This document shows, one piece after another, positions 1 to 9,573 of a DNA stretch of 64,000 nt. Each line of letters starts with the position of its first letter. Within the stretch, counting starts at the first letter, position 1. The notes under the pieces were generated by a model. The model did not search any database. It had not been told where the DNA came from and saw only the letters and a list, made by a program, of their open reading frames with translations. Origin of the DNA: Candidatus Marinacidobacterales bacterium (GTDB taxonomy: Bacteria > Acidobacteriota > Vicinamibacteria > Marinacidobacterales > SMYC01); NCBI GenBank assembly GCA_965237955.1, contig OZ250169.1, forward strand, positions 7,104,001 through 7,168,000, read 5' to 3'. The position numbers and the translations under genes were made by a program.

Positions 1-695
1 GAGACAAACGCGGCGGCAAGGAGTCGAAACGCACCGGACGTCAGAGGGACGCTCGTTCCGGTTTCAGTCGTCACCTCACCTTGCGCGAGCTCCTTTGCGA
101 CGAGAACGCTCGCAATCGCAGCCACGAAGTTCAACGACGCGGCGACGAGACCCGTGCCGCGCAGGCCCAAGAGTCCGATGACGTAGAGCTCGCCCGCGAG
201 CGCGCCGACGACGGCGCCGAGCGTGTTGAAGCCGTACAGGCGTCCGAGCACGCGACCAAAGTTCGAGTCCGACCCCGAGAGCGTCTTGACGAGGAGCGGC
301 AACGTCGCACCCATGGCCGTCGCGGGAACCAGTAGAAGAGCAAAGGCGAAGAGCAAACGTAGCGGCTGAAGCACCCACGGTACGTCCAGAAAAGGCCGGA
401 AGATCGGCGCGAGCACCGGTGTGAGCAAAGGAAAAACGAGCACGAGCAGGAACCCCACGACGCCGATCACGACTTCGACGGCCGCGTAGACCATGAGCGG
501 TCGTTTCAGCTTGGGCCCATAGCGCGCCGCGAGCAAATTGCCCAGACCGAGTCCTCCCATGAACGCCGCGAGGACGACACTCGAAGCCCAGAGGCTATTG
601 CCAAAGGTGAAACCGGCGAGGCGGAACCACAACGTTTCGAACAAAAGAGCCGAGGCACCCGAAAGAAAAAAGATCACGCACAGAGCGAGCGTCAA
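1..695 (-). CDS. Fused MFS/spermidine synthase-like membrane protein, N-terminal part (runs off the window)
   Basis: Manual translation from TTG at 695 after GGAGG: MTLALCVIFFLSGASALLFETLWFRLAGFTFGNSLWASSVVLAAFMGGLGLG...LLVPATAMGATLPLL...GRLYGFNTLGAVVG, typical of this family. Absent from the ORF track because there is no stop in the window. Confidence 0.85.
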   Translation of the reverse strand, partial: MTLALCVIFFLSGASALLFETLWFRLAGFTFGNSLWASSVVLAAFMGGLGLGNLLAARYGPKLKRPLMVYAAVEVVIGVVGFLLVLVFPLLTPVLAPIFRPFLDVPWVLQPLRLLFAFALLLVPATAMGATLPLLVKTLSGSDSNFGRVLGRLYGFNTLGAVVGALAGELYVIGLLGLRGTGLVAASLNFVAAIASVLVAKELAQGEVTTETGTSVPLTSGAFRLLAAAFV

Positions 696-949
696 GAGGC
701 CTCCAAAGCGAGCGGGAATACGATTGTCGACGAAGTTTAGCTATTTGAAGTGTACCGAAACACTGTGGGTGCTGCCACAGTTCAGTCGCCAGTCCCCAGT
801 CTCCAGCTGCTGTCAGCTGAAAGCAGCTCCTGACTGACAGCTTAACCGGGGAATGGAACAGGGATGAAACCCCTCTTTCGTGCGCGTCGGTTGAGATTGT
901 GCCGCCGCGTTGTGCCATCCGCCACCGCACGTCACTGGAAAGGCAAGAA

Positions 950-990
950 CTCACCGCAGAGCACGCGGGGCACGCCGAGACTCGCAGAGA
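950..990. repeat. Short tandem ~9-mer repeat cluster (AGAGCACGC type), left member of an inverted pair
   Basis: CTCACCGCAGAGCACGC (950-966) is the exact reverse complement of 3153-3169. Confidence 0.7.
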
Positions 991-1769
991 AAACGGCACG
1001 GCGCACTCGCAACGAAAACAACCGCACCGACCCACAAATTGAGGGGGACGCGTCGTTATCGGAACGTCGAAGTAATCTCCTGACAGATTCCTGTCGGAAG
1101 TATGCCAACGATGTGCCGTTGCGGAGCGACTCTGTCCGGACGCAGTTGAAGCGTGGGTGACGGCTCACGCACACGGTCCGCTGAACGCCGGTACTGGTCC
1201 ATCTTCTCTTGGCCGTAGTCCAGCTCCGCCATGTAGGCGTTGTGTGCAGGACATAAGAGTCGTATATTTTTGGCGTCGCGGCCGCCGCCGAGGCCATAGG
1301 CTTCGTCGTGATGGAACTGCAGTCCCTCGCGCTCCGGACAACGTCTGCCGTCCGCGCTGACAAACGTGCATTGGTCACAGTCGCGCTCGCACACGAAGCG
1401 CTTGACCGGTGCGGAGATACCACGCACGCCCGGCGACGTGTCGGCTTGTTCGAGGCTTTTTCTCGGCTTTTTCGTCTTGCCGAAGCGTTTCGCTTCGACC
1501 CGTTCCAGTTTCTCGCTCACCGCTGCTTCGACAATCGATGCGAGGTCGTTGCCGGGCATGAGCGCCGCGAGTCGTTTGAGCTTGTCGCGGAGCTCGGCGC
1601 TCGCGGTGAACTGCACTTTGTAGCGTTCCGGCGCCAACGCCTCGACCACCGCCGGCTTTTCAGGTGGGGTGGGATCGGCAGTGGGCGGAGAGCTCTGAGC
1701 CGCTCCGGACGTGAGAAAAAATCGCGTTTCCCAAGGGAGATGGGGATGGTTGGTCCACACTTCTGTCAA

Positions 1770-2528
1770 CTAGGGGGTTATGCGGCTTTTCGCGGCTTTC
1801 AGCTTGTCATACTCCTTCAACGCTGATTCTAGACGATCCTGTCTCTCTCGCCTGGCGCGTTGCTGCGCTGCCTGCATCTGCAGGCTCGATTCCTCCTCCG
1901 TCTGGGCGTTGAGAGTCTCTACCGCCTCACGCGCCTGCTCCAGGCACTCTTCGACCGTCGGCTTGCGGCGAAATCCACTCGACGAAGCGTTCGCGCGCAC
2001 CTTCGTCCCATCCAGCATGACTCGCTCGAGCGTGATCAATCCGTCCGAACTCAGAACTCCCAGAGCTTGCACAAACAACTCGTCCAGGATCTCCCTATGA
2101 ATCATCCGAAAGTCCGACAGCGTGTGCGCACTGATGCTCTGCATTCCGCTGAGCCATTGATACGCCGGATGATGTTCGCACAGCCGCTCAACCGCGCGGG
2201 CCGAACTCACGGCTTGGCTGTAGCTGTAGACCCACAGGCTCACCAGTAGCTGAGGATCAAACGCAGGCCGGCCTGCGCCACCCGCGACCGAGCGGACTTG
2301 ATCCGTGTACCCGCTGAGATCCAGCCGACCCACGAACTCCCAGATCGCACGCGCTGGGTGATCCTCTGGGATCAAACGCTCCACGTCGACCGTCCGCAGC
2401 AGCAGCTGCGCCCTATCGACCACCTTCAACCGAGCTTGTGTCACGCGCGCTCCCTCATCGCCGTCATCACCATCGCTGCGTTTTCGCGGACTCGGAAAGC
2501 CTGGAAGTGACGTTTGCTTATCACCCAC
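1770..2528 (-). pseudogene. IS1182-family transposase, C-terminally truncated
   Basis: DUF772-like N-terminus (LIPEDHPARAI, GRPAFDPQLL, SSARAVERLC) and first DDE aspartate (LDGTKVRANAS). Ends prematurely at the deletion junction. Confidence 0.9.
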
Positions 2529-2724
2529 GTTTACCCCGCTTCCTCCCACGCTTTGCCTTAGGCGTCCGACGCACAATCAGTGTGTTTCGATCCTCCACCA
2601 CCCACTCCAGCTCCTCGCCCGGCTCCATCTCTAGCGCCTGGGCTAAAGGTGACGGGCAAATCACATAGAACTGACGGGTGTCGTTGGCTCGCTTGATCAC
2701 CTGCAGCTTTGTCACGTATCCCAT
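2521..2724 (-). CDS. AbrB/MazE/SpoVT-like small DNA-binding protein carried by the IS
   Basis: MGYVTKLQVIKRANDTRQFYVICPSPLAQALEMEPGEELEWVVED fits a swapped-hairpin pattern. Lies inside the IRs; its stop overlaps the transposase GTG. Confidence 0.7.
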   Translation of the reverse strand: MGYVTKLQVIKRANDTRQFYVICPSPLAQALEMEPGEELEWVVEDRNTLIVRRTPKAKRGRKRGKRG

Positions 2725-3119
2725 GCTGGTCACTCTATAACATAGCTGCACCGCTAGTCAAGCTTAATTTTTTCTCACGTCCTCCGTCTGGACGGAGCTC
2801 GTTTTTCGGTTGCTGCGCTCGGTTGGCTCGCCGCTTGGGGAGCTTGCGGACGACGCCGGGAACATCCGGCTTCGGCGCAATCTCGGCCACCAGTTGGCTA
2901 AGCGCTTCTTTGGTCTTGTGAGTTGCTCGAGCCAAGAGCTCGTCGCAGTTGGCGTCCGTCAGATGAGGTGCCAGCACGGCAATGCCGCTCAAGTGAAACC
3001 GTCCATCCTCGAGCATCGTCAACAGCTCGGGATGTCGGCGTGACGCACGTGCAGCGGCGATCCGTAGATAGGCTTCTGTCTCTCCTAGCGTTTCCGCGCG
3101 GGCCACCGCGGTGTCATTT

Positions 3120-3170
3120 CTTGGTTGCGGCTTCGCTGCGCTGCGTTTCTCTGCGTGCTCTGCGGTGAGA
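3120..3170. repeat. Short repeat cluster, right member of the inverted pair with 950-990
   Basis: GCGTGCTCTGCGGTGAG at 3153-3169, preceded by TTGGTTGCGGCTTCGCTGCGCTGCG. Confidence 0.7.
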
Positions 3171-3342
3171 AAAACTACCCGAGACTCTGCCGCACCAGTT
3201 CCAGGCGACTGCAGCTGGACGGCCTTAGCTCCATGGTGCGCTGAACGGAGCTTACTCCCTCACCCTAACGACCTGTCAGTGCCTCATATCGCCGCGCGAG
3301 AGCGCGGTCGAGTTACTGGGGACTCCCCTGGAGACTGGTGAC

Positions 3343-3395
3343 CCGCCTTCGCCGTTGGCTTCGGCGGGCCAGCCGTAGCCTTGCGCGAAGACTGG
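3343..3395. repeat. REP/MITE-like hairpin element (CCGCCTTCGC...GCTTCGGCGGG...GTAGCCTT type)
   Basis: Same motif as 47321-47372; both copies are preceded by AC. Confidence 0.65.
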
Positions 3396-3412
3396 CTGGA
3401 GGCTGGCTGCCC

Positions 3413-6293
3413 TCATTCCTCGGTGCGGGGGCCTATCTCCACGTCGGTGATCGCTTGCATCACCGCGTCGTGGAACAGCGGACGCACTTCGTAGAGTTTT
3501 CGGTTCTCACGGGTGGGGTGCACCCGGTTGGTGAGGAGGATGGCGAAAAGCTCCCGCTTCGGGTCGATCCAGATCGAAGTCCCGGTGAACCCCGTGTGCC
3601 CGAAGGACTCACCCGAGAAATACTTCCCCGACGAGCTCCGCCCCGACGGGGTATCCCAGCCGAGCGCCCGGCTGGAGTCGGGGACGAGCTCGGCGCGGGT
3701 GGTGAAGAGCTCGATCGTAGCGCCGTTCACAAGCCGGTGCCCGTTGTACGCCCCGCCATTGAGAATCATCTGTACGAACGGCGCGAGGCTGCGTGCCGTG
3801 GAAAAAAGCCCGGCGTGCGGCGCAAGCCCTCCGAGACCGTATGCGTTCTCGTCGTGCACTTCCCCGTGAACGACCCGGCCGCGCCACTCGTCTCGTTCGG
3901 TCGGCGCGATCCGTGAACTGAGCGACGCGGGCGGCTGGAAGAGAGTCTCGTCCATACCGAGTGGCTCGAAGAGCTCTTCTTGCGCAAGAACGTCGAGAGG
4001 TTTCCCGGTGATGCGCTCGAGGATCTCCCCAAGAAGGAGAACCCCGAGATCGGAATAGGAAGTCTTGGACCTTGGCGTGTAGTCGAGCGGCATCTCGCAG
4101 ATCGTTTCGATGTACCCGGCCCGGGATTCTTCCGGCGTCTTTCCCTCGAACTTCTTGTAGAGCTCGGTCCACCACAAGAGCCCGCCGGAATGAGCGAGCA
4201 GATCCTTGACGAGAACGGTGTCTTTCTCGCCGCCGGTGAACTCCGGTATATACGCGGTCACAGGGCTTTCGAGATCCAACTGCTCCCGCTCGTAGAGGAT
4301 CATCGAAAGCGTGGTGGTGACGATCACCTTCGTGAGCGACGCCAGGTCGTACATCGTGTCGCGGCGGACGCGCTCGGCGTCTTCGTCGTAGCTCAAACGG
4401 CCGAGCGCCTCCTCGACCACGATTTCACCTCGTCTCGCCACGAGCACGACGGCACCCGGTGTTGCCCCGTCCTCGATCGCTTTGCGCACCCGATCGACCG
4501 CATCGTTCAGACCGCGCTTCGACATCCCCACTTCCTCGGGGTTTTCCTGTTGCTCGAGTTTCATAGCGTGCGCATCGGCGCGAAGGCCGTGCCCTTGAGG
4601 ATACCCCTCGGACAGACGAACCGGAAGCCTACCGTTGATTGGGACTTCCCCGAAGAGCGCCCGCGCGAGTGCGCGCTGCGACGCCGGCGCAAAATCATAG
4701 GTCGCGATGAGCGCGGCTGCCCCCGAAAGCTCGCTCAACGCATACGGTGTTCCAAGGCTCACGAAAATCACCCGCGTCCCGCGACGCGCGAGCTCGGCGA
4801 GAGCCTCGGTCAGGGCCCCGGCTCGCTCGCCGGGCCCGAGCAGCGATCGTTTCTGTGCATAGCTGGCGACGACGACGACTTCACCTTGTTCCGGGACGAT
4901 CCGCTCTGCCATGGTGTCGACGGTACGCGGCGTGAGACGAACACGGCGCACCCGGCGAGCTCGCTTTTGGAGCTCCTCAGCAAGGACGTCCGGATCCGAC
5001 GCGCGATCGCGGGCGAACAGGTAGTCGACGAGAAGCACGTCAGGTGGCTCCGCACTACTCAACGGAACGATCTCGTTGTCGTTGCGCACCAGGGTGAGCG
5101 TCTTGGAAGCAATGGCGTCGATACGTTCGCGAGCGCTCGGTGGGTTCACCGTGCGTTGCACGGCCATGAGGTCGACAGTGCGCTTGCGATGCAAGTCGAG
5201 CCGAGCCTTGGCTTGCAAAATACGCCGCACCGCATCACCGATGCGAGCCTCGGAGAGTTCGCCGCGTCGAACGCCTCGCAAAACAGACTCATACGTCACG
5301 AGTGGATCGGGGGGCACGAGCAGCATGTCGACACCGGCCTCGACCGCGGCCACCGCCACTTCTCCGTCCCATGCGCCGGCACGCGCGCCGCCCATGTCGA
5401 GCGCGTCGCTCACGATGAGGCCTTTGAAACCGAGCTCCCCGCGGAGAGCTCCCTGGAGGACTTCTTTCGAGATCGTTACCGGTTTGTCGGCGGGCCCACC
5501 CAACGCCGGTACCGCAATGTGCGCCGTCATGACTGCGGCGACACCGGCATCCACGGCTGCCGCGAACGGAACGAGCTCGACGTTTCGCAGTCGTTCGCGA
5601 TCGGACCGCACCACCGGCATGCTCAGATGCGAATCGACAGCGGTAGCTCCATGCCCGGGGAAGTGCTTTGCGGTCGTGAGAACACCGAGCTCTTGCGCCC
5701 GTTGGATGTACGCGGCGCCCAGGCGTGCCGCTTGTTCGGGATCTTCCCCGAACGAGCGCGTGTTGATCACCGTGTTCGCCGGGTTCGTGTTCAGATCCAA
5801 GACCGGGTTCAACAGCAAATGGATTCCGAGCGCACGCGCCTCACGGGCGGTGACCTCGGCTTGAAACTCGATGTCGTCCTCCGACGCGCCGGCGCCCATG
5901 GCCATCGCCACGGGAAAACGGCTCGCGCCCTCGACCCGCATGGCCGGGCCCCACTCGTAGTCGGACGCCATGAGGAGAGGGAGCCTCGCCGCCTCTTGAA
6001 GCCGGTTGGCAAGCGCCGCCGTCTCCTAAGGGTTCTCCTTTGAAGAATACGAAACCGCCGATCCGACCCGCGCGGGCTGCCGCAAGAAGCTCCTGAACTT
6101 CCGCATCCGATTCATTCGCAAAAAGGCTATTGCTTCGCGGATAGATCATCTGGCCCACTTTTTGTTCGAGGGTGAGCGTGGCGAGCGTTTCCTCGACCCA
6201 CAACGCGTTTCTGGCATCGGGTGCTTCGCCACGCCTCGAGCCCGCGCAGCCGACGCCAAACGCGAGGAGGATCGTCAGAGCAATTCGTTTCAT
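3413..6293 (-). CDS. GH3 beta-N-acetylglucosaminidase fused to a beta-lactamase/serine hydrolase domain (lipoprotein); frameshift near 6030
   Basis: KHFPGHGATAVDSH and SDALDMG (GH3); DLASLTK (SxxK), LLAHSGG, FGHTGFTG. The signal peptide and LTLEQKVGQM lie in ORF 5841..6293 in another frame, so this is a pseudogene or a sequencing error. Confidence 0.88.
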
Positions 6294-6326
6294 ATACGGC
6301 CAATCCTACTTACAATAGAGACGCAT

Positions 6327-7082
6327 ATGAAACAGCTCATCGTGACCGCCGACGACTTCGGCCTCACTCCCGGTGTCGTCACTGGCATCGTCGAGGCGCA
6401 CGAGCGGGGGATCGTCACCGCAACATCGCTCATGGTCAACGCGCCGGCGGCGGACGCGGCGTTCAAGTGGGCGCGCGAGCATGATTCTCTCGCCGTCGGG
6501 CTCCACTTCGTTCTCACCTTCGGCCGGCCGGTCGGCCCCGCGTGGCCGCTCGGCGATCTCCTCGATGGCGACGGCTCGTTCCGGAAGCTCGATGCGGGCG
6601 TCCATGACGAGGCCACCCCGGGACAGGTCGGCGCTGAGCTCAGGGCGCAGCTCGAGCGCTTCAAAGCCAATGTCGGCCGTCCGCCCACGCACATCGATGG
6701 CCACCATCACGTGCATGCGGTTCCGGGTATCCTGAGCGCGGTTCTCGAAGCGGCACGCCGCTATCAGATCCCGGTGCGCTCGCCGGACGACCGCACGCAC
6801 GCTCGCTTGCGAGCCATTGGAGTTCCGACATCAGATACGTTCGTCGACACTTTCTACGGCGAGGACAACGTCGACGAAGACGAGCTCGTCGCGATTATCA
6901 ACGAGCTTCCCGAGGGTACCACCGAGCTCATCTGCCATCCGGCCCACGAAGATACTCTCCTTCCCACACTCAGCAGCTACACCGACGCGCGATACCTCGA
7001 GTGTCGGACGCTCACATCGGACGATGCCCAGCAGGCATTGATCGAGTGCGACGTCGAGCTCGTACCGAGCCCCGTGTCCTAG
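6327..7082 (+). CDS. ChbG/HpnK (YdjC) family deacetylase
   Basis: [39 protein letters not shown] motifs. Confidence 0.92.
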   Translation: MKQLIVTADDFGLTPGVVTGIVEAHERGIVTATSLMVNAPAADAAFKWAREHDSLAVGLHFVLTFGRPVGPAWPLGDLLDGDGSFRKLDAGVHDEATPGQVGAELRAQLERFKANVGRPPTHIDGHHHVHAVPGILSAVLEAARRYQIPVRSPDDRTHARLRAIGVPTSDTFVDTFYGEDNVDEDELVAIINELPEGTTELICHPAHEDTLLPTLSSYTDARYLECRTLTSDDAQQALIECDVELVPSPVS

Positions 7083-7125
7083 TGCCCAGACGGCACGCTT
7101 GATAATGTCGAAGAAGAGGAGAACT

Positions 7126-8373
7126 ATGGGAAAAGCTCTCGAAGGTACTCGCATCCTGGATATGACCCACGTTCAGTCAGGACCAACGTGCACCCAGATC
7201 CTGGCGTGGTTCGGCGCTGACGTCATCAAGGTCGAGCGCCCCGGATCCGGTGACGCCACGCGCGGCCAGCTGCGCGACATACCGGACGTGGACAGCCTGT
7301 ATTTCACGATGCTGAACGCCAACAAGCGCAGCATCACCTTGAATCCCAAGACCGAAGCGGGCAACAAAATCTTCGCCAAATTGATCGAAGAGTGTGACGT
7401 GATGGTCGAGAACTTCGCTCCCGGCGCGATCGATCGTATGGGATTTCCATGGGAGAAAATTCAGGAGCTGAACCCACGCATGATCTACGCCTCGATAAAG
7501 GGGTTCGGCCCAGGTCCGCTCCAGGATTGCAAGGTTTACGAGAACGTCGCCCAATGCACCGGCGGAGCAGCGTCGACCACGGGCGAGATCGATCGTGTTC
7601 CCATGGTGACCGGCGCCCAGATTGGCGATTCCGGCACCGGCATCCACCTCGTGGCGGGCATCCTCGCCGCACTATTGCACCGTGAGAAAAGCGGCAAGGG
7701 TCAGCGCGTGGAATGTGCCATGCAAGATGCCGTGCTCAATCTTTGCCGGGTGAAACTCCGCGACCAGCAACGCCTCGCCCACGGCCCACTCACAGAGTAT
7801 CCGCAGTATCCCAACGGCGAGTTCGGCGATGCGGTGCCGCGCGCCGGTAACGCCTCCGGCGGCGGCCAGCCGGGCTGGATCGTCAAATGCAAAGGATGGG
7901 AGACCGATCCGGACGCCTATATTTACATCATCACCCAGGTGGCCGCGTTCGCCGCACTGGCCACGGCCATCGGTCATGAAGATTGGCTCGAGGATCCGGA
8001 ATGGAACACGCCCAGGGCACGCCTTCCCAAGCTGGACAAGATGTTTAATGAGATCGAGAAGTGGACCATGACCAAAGACAAGATGGAGGTCATGGACATC
8101 CTCAACCCGTTGAACGTTCCGTGCGGTCCAATTCTGTCCATGAAAGAGATCGCCGAACAAGAATCTCTTCGGAAGACCGGTACCGTGGTCGAGGTCGATC
8201 ACCCTGAACGCGGCAAGTATCTGACGGTCGGGAACCCGATCAAGCTCTCCGACTCGCCCGCCGACGTCCAGCGCGCGCCGCTTCTCGGCGAGCATACCGA
8301 AGAGATCCTCAAGACCGTCGTCGGTCTCGATAACAAAGAAATCGAGGCAGCACGCGAGCACGGAGCGATCTGA
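7126..8373 (+). CDS. frc: Formyl-CoA transferase
   Basis: [61 protein letters not shown]. Confidence 0.95.
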   Translation: MGKALEGTRILDMTHVQSGPTCTQILAWFGADVIKVERPGSGDATRGQLRDIPDVDSLYFTMLNANKRSITLNPKTEAGNKIFAKLIEECDVMVENFAPGAIDRMGFPWEKIQELNPRMIYASIKGFGPGPLQDCKVYENVAQCTGGAASTTGEIDRVPMVTGAQIGDSGTGIHLVAGILAALLHREKSGKGQRVECAMQDAVLNLCRVKLRDQQRLAHGPLTEYPQYPNGEFGDAVPRAGNASGGGQPGWIVKCKGWETDPDAYIYIITQVAAFAALATAIGHEDWLEDPEWNTPRARLPKLDKMFNEIEKWTMTKDKMEVMDILNPLNVPCGPILSMKEIAEQESLRKTGTVVEVDHPERGKYLTVGNPIKLSDSPADVQRAPLLGEHTEEILKTVVGLDNKEIEAAREHGAI

Positions 8374-8377
8374 CACG

Positions 8378-9439
8378 GTGAAATACAACGTACTGATTCT
8401 CGGTGCCTCGTACGGTTCGTTGTTCGGCACGAAGTTGTTGCTCGCCGGGCACTCGGCAACGTTGATCTGTACGAAGCCCACCGCCGAGCTCATCAACCGC
8501 GACGGAACCGTGGTGCGCTTCCCGATCCGCGGCCGAGAGACGCCGGTCGAGATCTCATCGAAGGCGCTCGACGGTCATCTTTCCGCAAGCACACCAGACG
8601 ATGTCGAGCCCGGTGATTTCGACTTGGTCGTGCTCGGCATGCAGGAAGCTCAGTACGGCTCCGACGGCGTACGCGAGCTGATGGGACGCATCGCGACGGC
8701 ACGCGTGCCGTGTCTCGCGATCATGAACATGCCGCCGCTTCCCTACCTCGAGCGCATTCCCGGACTTTCGACGGAGCCGTTGAAGCAGTGTTTTGCCGAC
8801 CCCGGTGTTTGGGAAGGCTTCGATCCCGGGCTCGTCACGCTCGCGAGCCCCGACCCCCAAGCATTTCGCCCGCCCGACGAGCCGAAGAACGTTCTCCAAG
8901 TCGGTTTGCCGACGAACTTCAAAGCGGCGCGCTTCGAATCCGAACAGCACACGAACATGCTTCGCGAGCTGGAGTCCGACATCGACGCCATCCGGTTCGA
9001 TCCCGGCGACGGCGCCCTCGAGATCCCGGTCAAGCTCAAGGTGCACGATTCCGTCTTCGTGCCGCTCGCCAAGTGGCCGATGCTCATCACCGGCAACTAC
9101 CGCTGCATCCGGCGTGACGACATGATCCCGATCAAGGACGCCGTACACGCCGATATCGAGATGTCTCGGGACATCTACGCGTGGGCCGCGAAACTGTGTA
9201 CGAAGCTCGGAGCCGCTGATGCCGACCTGGTTCCCTTCGAGAAATACGCGAAAGCGGCAGAAGGGCTAGCGAAACCGTCGTCCGCGGCGCGTGCTCTTTT
9301 CGGCGGCGCCAAGGACATCGAGCGCGTCGACTGCCTGGTGCGGCAGATCGCAAAACAACAGGGCCTGCAGTCGGAGACGGTGGACGAGATCGTTACACTC
9401 GTGGACGAACGTCTAGAGAAAAACCGCGCGGGCGACTGA
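8378..9439 (+). CDS. Ketopantoate reductase-like Rossmann protein, coupled to frc
   Basis: N-terminal ILGASYGSL dinucleotide-binding motif; 4 bp downstream of frc. Confidence 0.65.
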   Translation: MKYNVLILGASYGSLFGTKLLLAGHSATLICTKPTAELINRDGTVVRFPIRGRETPVEISSKALDGHLSASTPDDVEPGDFDLVVLGMQEAQYGSDGVRELMGRIATARVPCLAIMNMPPLPYLERIPGLSTEPLKQCFADPGVWEGFDPGLVTLASPDPQAFRPPDEPKNVLQVGLPTNFKAARFESEQHTNMLRELESDIDAIRFDPGDGALEIPVKLKVHDSVFVPLAKWPMLITGNYRCIRRDDMIPIKDAVHADIEMSRDIYAWAAKLCTKLGAADADLVPFEKYAKAAEGLAKPSSAARALFGGAKDIERVDCLVRQIAKQQGLQSETVDEIVTLVDERLEKNRAGD

Positions 9440-9573
9440 ACGAGGAAAACTCGTCTCTTCATTCGCCTGTTTTTGGACGTTTGGAGACGGGGGACAAGTC
9501 CCGCCATCCGCTGATTGAAGCTCACCCTGGTCCCAGCTAGAATTGCCATCCAGAAGACCGACGAGTCACAAAA

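Larger units (their letters stand above)
1707..2782 (-). mobile_element. IS1182-family element, internally deleted copy (1076 bp)
   Basis: Terminal IRs GGACGTGAGAAAAAA / TTTTTTCTCACGTCC. Near-identical to 13728..17337 but lacks ~917 bp (13800-14716 equivalent). Confidence 0.92.
1056..3106 (-). pseudogene. DUF222-like HNH endonuclease (copy 1), 5'-truncated and interrupted by IS1182
   Basis: ORFs 2735..3106 and 1056..1769 align with the N- and C-halves of 17575..18660. Removing the IS restores the frame (...NELRPDG|AAQSSPP...). C-terminal CTF..C..LQFHH..NIRLLCPAHN HNH motif. About 60 N-terminal residues are missing. Confidence 0.9.

Noticed and set aside
3980-6043. 687-aa plus-strand ORF
   Set aside because: Antisense shadow of the GH3/beta-lactamase gene; no motifs; expected in high-GC DNA.
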